A stretch of 63,966 bases of DNA, the filler included, from Craspedostauros australis (lineage: Eukaryota), in NCBI GenBank assembly GCA_030167865.1. It is 13 parts of 13 records of this genome, joined end to end, with 100 filler letters (N's around TTAATTAATTAA, not from the genome) between each part and the next. Parts side by side here need not be neighbours in the genome. Positions count along the whole stretch, not along the records: positions 57,083 to 60,034 come from JALAGF010000706.1; positions 60,135 to 62,808 come from JALAGF010000707.1; positions 62,909 to 63,966 come from JALAGF010000716.1; 10 more parts are not named here. The stretch is one strand, 5' to 3'. The position numbers and the translations under genes were made by a program. Positions 59,790 through 63,966 of the stretch are shown one piece after another. Within the stretch, counting starts at the first letter, position 1; the number at the start of each line of letters is the position of its first letter. The notes beneath the pieces are model-generated. The model had not been told where the DNA came from, did not search any database, and was given only the letters and a program-made list of their open reading frames with translations.

Positions 59790-60034
59790 CTGCCATCGCT
59801 TCGCCGGCATCGTTTTTGCCGCCATTGCTTCACCGCTTTTGCGTTCACAGCCATTGCTTCGCCGCCATTGCTTCACTGCTTTTGCGTTCACAGCCATTGC
59901 TTCGCTGCCGTTGCTATCGCAGCCATTGCTTCACCGCCATTGCTTCACCGCCATCGCTCCATCGCCATTGCTTCGCCGCCATTGCTTCGCCGCTATTGCG
60001 TTCCCCGCCATTGCTTCGCCGCCATTGCGTTCAC
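59790..60034 (+). repeat. Degenerate tandem array of GCCATTGCTTC(A/G)CC units, truncated by contig end
   Basis: More than 10 copies of gccattgcttc/gcgttcaca variants. Confidence 0.9.
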
Positions 60035-60926
60035 NNNNNNNNNNNNNNNNNNNNNNNNNNNNNNNNNNNNNNNNNNNNTTAATTAATTAANNNNNNNNNN
60101 NNNNNNNNNNNNNNNNNNNNNNNNNNNNNNNNNNACCGTTAACGTGGCAAGCGCATGATCGATCACTCCTGAGCGTTACAGGAGCACGTTACTTTTGGGA
60201 CTACGGGGTATTTCGACAGCGCTCTCCCTCCAACCAAGATCGAATCAGTCAACACCAACGCAAACAGCCGAGGCAGAGACTTGAAACGAAATTGGCCTGG
60301 AGGGAACGAGCCGGATGATTCAAGGCAAGCTTGAAGGTGCTAGTAACCCTACCACCCAACGCAAGACAAGCTATGTGTCTATTGGATTAGCCTCACTCAT
60401 ACACATGTGAGAGTTGTGTCGGTGCATTGTATCACGAAGGGCACAAAAGAGGGCCGAATCAGGATCAATCGGGAGGTAATTATCTACCTCATTGAATGGC
60501 ATGTACTGTTGCGAGTAACGCCATCGCCAGCATGCGATCATTCTTGGCAGTTGTGAACATGGGTTGCTTGTTTCCACCATTAACATAGGGTTACATTCAG
60601 TGTCGGTATCTGCGATGTGGTTCCTTCGCCATCTCGCCATCCTCAAACCGCACTCTGCTTTTCCTTTTGATCTCCACCATGAAAGATACTGTCAATGGAT
60701 GGGCCCTATCGTAATAACATGCTAGATATGTTCCTACCACATCAACATTCGTACGCTGCAGCAGTGCACATGAGAGTCCTAATCAAGTCATGTTACGAAC
60801 ACAGTCGTCTGGTAGTGTAGTTGCTCAATGGAGAACTGTAGAACTATTGAGGTTACTCTTCAAAAATGTGCTGCGCCTTCTCTCTCCGTTGCACTCCCTG
60901 TTTCATTCCCTGTTCCATCTCCCCCT

Positions 60927-61682
60927 CTACACACACTCCAGAAAGATATCCTTACGCGTCATCGCATCGACAACGGCCGGATGGCTCTGCCGCCGCTGCT
61001 GCCTGCTCTTCTGACTGCGCTTCTGCTGCCGCTGTATCACTTTCATCTGCGTCTTCATGCGCTGCTGCAGAATGAGCTGCGACACGGCGATGGCACTCTG
61101 AATCTCCTGCACGGTGATGCCGTTCTGGCGCAACCGCACATGCCGTTGCTGCGGTGTCAATGGTTGCAGCGTGTTGCGTCTATTGTTGAGCAGCGACGTC
61201 GTCATGGAACACAGCACCGAGGATCGGCGGCGCGGCGGCGATTGCGAAGAGTCGTTGAGAACAGCAGTGTACTCTCGGCTCGGTTCCCACTGCATCGTCA
61301 GCGGTGGTCCGATCGCCACGGGTCCGACGCCCAACGTGGTCGGCATCTCGCGGATCTCGACCATCGGTGCGAAGCGCACTTGCTTGGGGTCCTCGAATGG
61401 ACAGTAGTAGTCGGCGTCGCTGGACTCCGAGGACAGGGAGCACCGCATCGTCGGCAGCGTCTCGATGGACGACAGCGATGCGGAGTGCTTGCAATCGTAA
61501 GCACCGTCCATCTCGAAGACGAAGCCGCGCTGGTGCCTGCGATCGCTCTTGTGCAGCGATGTGCGCGGCGCAGCATCATGAGTGCTGTCGTTGCAGCTGT
61601 TGTCCATTCCAGTCATTTGCGGTGGTGCAGCGGGAGTGTCCAACATTGTCAACGCTGAGAGGGGTTCTATCATTGTCGTCAT
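60927..61682 (-). CDS. Diatom-type protein with RVxF-like motif (KQVRF..VEIRE..LG..P..GPPL..W) and C-terminal coiled coil
   Basis: KQVRFAPMVEIREMPTTLGVGPVAIGPPLTMQWEP and LTPQQRHVRLRQNGITVQEI match a recurring stramenopile motif pair. ATG at 61682. Confidence 0.75.
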   Translation of the reverse strand: MTTMIEPLSALTMLDTPAAPPQMTGMDNSCNDSTHDAAPRTSLHKSDRRHQRGFVFEMDGAYDCKHSASLSSIETLPTMRCSLSSESSDADYYCPFEDPKQVRFAPMVEIREMPTTLGVGPVAIGPPLTMQWEPSREYTAVLNDSSQSPPRRRSSVLCSMTTSLLNNRRNTLQPLTPQQRHVRLRQNGITVQEIQSAIAVSQLILQQRMKTQMKVIQRQQKRSQKSRQQRRQSHPAVVDAMTRKDIFLECV

Positions 61683-61870
61683 GCCTGTCCTGTTGTGATC
61701 AGTCGCAGTAGTATGCCTGAGTATGTTTGTGTGTGTGATGCTATGTGATGCTATTATATGCAGTGCTATGTAGAATAGTGCTCTATTCAATGCTGTGCAA
61801 TGCGATGTAGTGCAATGTGATGTAAGGTAATGTAAGGTATTGTTGTGATGAATGGAAGCTCCGAATGGCA

Positions 61871-62026
61871 TACGAGCTGCAGATCGTAGTTGATGCACCA
61901 ACGATAACGCTAGTTGTGGAGTGTTGTTGAGTTTTGTGGGTGATGAGTCGTGTTAAAGTAGACTAAAATAGAGCACACCCAAAACCATCCAAACAACTGC
62001 TTATGATGTTATATCTCAACAACACA
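61871..62026 (+). repeat. Dispersed repeat copy 2 with terminal palindrome and internal inverted repeats
   Basis: 61871-61951 matches 21841-21922. gtgttgttgag (61921) is complementary to ctcaacaacac (~62015). Confidence 0.8.
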
Positions 62027-63006
62027 TCGCTTACAATTACAACTAAACAGTGTATCCGGACGCTTGGCTATCGCTTATTCTGAATATCGAAGTTACAATT
62101 GTATGAACTTTATTTTTAATGTCGTTTTGGCTTGCTGTCTGTCAGGTGGTGAATGCCACAAACAGTTCTCAACAGCACCATGCTGCCCTATCTTCAGCAC
62201 CCATGATCATCATCATCATCCTGGCATTCTCGTAATCTGCGCACCACATTGGCTCCATATACCCCCCATATATCCACTCCATGAAGCTCTCCGTGTTGGA
62301 TGTTCATTGCACACCCCAAAGCCTCCCTGCACTGAAACGCAGAAATTTTGAACACCCGATTTCGACGCGGATGCCATTCATATTTGGATCCGTATCTTGT
62401 TGATACGATCCTTGCAGCTCCTCCACATGCCCCTCATGCGTTCCCACATTCTCTGGCGACACACTGATGTGTTCAGAATGGGTTGGGAGTACATACCTCC
62501 AAAGTTACATCTCCATGTGATGATGCCACCATGGAGTTTTTGCGACACCCCAAACAAACCCTTTTGTGCGCATCCCACCTTGCAGCCTCTTCCAGACAAT
62601 CCAACTCGGAATTTCTTCCATATCCTTGTTCCTGATTTGATTCCGAACACATCTGAAATGGGTACCTTGGCGATCTGGGTGACTTGTCAATGGCACCCAT
62701 CACCAGCGAAGTCACGTGATGTGTCCGCTGCCACACACCAAAACACTCTTGCCCTCCACTTGTTTCTTGCGGAGGGAACCTTCCAGGCCACCCCCGACCC
62801 TCAAACTTNNNNNNNNNNNNNNNNNNNNNNNNNNNNNNNNNNNNNNNNNNNNTTAATTAATTAANNNNNNNNNNNNNNNNNNNNNNNNNNNNNNNNNNNN
62901 NNNNNNNNCATCAAGCTTGACACCAATCGTAAGAAAAGGTGTCAAGAGATCAAGGACGAAACCTGTGACGAGATGGATGCATGACTGCGGAAATGTGCCG
63001 CATGAA

Positions 63007-63256
63007 TGTTGAGCGAAATGAAACTACTGAAATATATGAAGTGCATGAAGAGATGCATGGTGAGATGTACATGAAGTACATGCTGCATGACATGATGAAC
63101 ACAGCAGTATCTCACGATGTTACTGTGGATTATACATGCTATGGCAAATGGAATTGGAAGAGCTGAAGATGTTATGCTCACAGTTCTGAGAATGCAACAA
63201 CAGGAATAGGTAACCAGATATAACTAATAAGGCTGGGTTACCCCGGATTTCCAACA
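63007..63256 (+). mobile_element. LTR-like element copy 2 (TGTTG...CAACA)
   Basis: Terminal inverted TGTTG/CAACA, upstream GACTGCGGAAA, and shared blocks with 22770-23006. Confidence 0.6.
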
Positions 63257-63966
63257 CGTACGCTCGTCATCGCTGCTGTTTTCGCCGTCATCGCTCGTCG
63301 AATCACGTCCATGATGGACAAGAGCGACAGCCCTGGCAACTGTGCTTGCACGCTCGCTGGAGTAGACCTCCTTGTACGTCTTGAGAACCTTCGCAGCAAG
63401 GTCAGGTTCGGACTCGCGGAGCTCTGCGAAACGCAGATCACGTGCCCATGGAAGGCAGCTGCGCGCATGGTGTCCCTTGCGGTGGCACGCGGAACAGAAT
63501 GCATCCTTGTCTGGTTGGTAGAACTCGGATCGCTTGCGCTCGCCACGCTTACCATCTGTCAGGAATCGGGGGTACGACTTTGCAAAGATACCTTATTCTA
63601 CCGCAGCTCCCATGAGGACTGACTGGAACCGGAATGGTATTATGTGCAAAGATACCCATGATTGCCGCAACCCCAATAGCATCTCCCAGACAAACCGCAA
63701 CCCAGCAATCGATCAGTTGCACTCGGACAGCCCAATGGCCTTACCTGTCTTATGTGACATCCAAGCACCTTCATCCAGTGGCCTACTCGGTCATGTCCCG
63801 ATAACGGTCGGGAACCGAGAGATCTATGACGATGGCAACACACCAGCCCATGAGTGAATCGAATGAGCGCGACAACCAATACATCTGAACAAGTCGACGC
63901 GTCCCTGAGAACCTAATGTGAGAAAGCGAAACAGAGGCGATCCCTATTCACCCAAGACCACGATCC

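Noticed and set aside
62150..62808. Fragmentary ORFs that may be a TE remnant
   Set aside because: Interrupted frames with no recognisable motif.
21923..62908. Twelve regularly recurring TTAATTAATTAA motifs flanked by N runs
   Set aside because: Identical 100-bp assembly spacers with six-frame stops; not biological, and not a CRISPR-like array or TSD.
1..63966. tRNA, rRNA and CRISPR arrays
   Set aside because: None recognised by eye; tRNAscan-SE/Infernal would be needed to exclude them.

Overview
Eukaryotic nuclear DNA from a diatom. The evidence is a silicon transporter (SIT) fragment, a plastid-targeting bipartite presequence, a DUF6824-type protein and short GT-AG introns; a raphid pennate is a plausible inference from the mucin-like secreted proteins. 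The window is not contiguous genome: twelve identical 100-bp artificial spacers (N44-TTAATTAATTAA-N44) join 13 contigs, so neighbourhood across a spacer carries no meaning. Contig 1 (1-21922) is gene-dense: plastid SufE-BolA, a DUF6824 protein, a PP2A-B56/protein-kinase fusion, two orphans, an ER prolyl 4-hydroxylase, a Tim21-like protein and a PHD/PZP protein. Contig 2 (22023-37735) carries TE remnants, a secreted Cys-domain plus collagen-like protein with its tandem pseudogene, a large STAND-like ATPase and an Mpv17/PMP22 protein. The short contigs that follow hold a CRAL-TRIO-like gene, a Copia gag-protease, a long (PTSG)n mucin with repeated Cys domains, a GPCR, SIT, a second STAND-like ATPase, two Sola-like and one Harbinger-like transposase fragments, an RVxF-motif protein and LTR/dispersed repeats. 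The most interesting signals are the B56-kinase fusion, one Cys-rich extracellular module deployed on either collagen-like or mucin stalks, an orphan ending in a C-terminal ATG8-interacting-like motif, and the divergent transposases. All family assignments come from motif recognition by eye; no searches were run.
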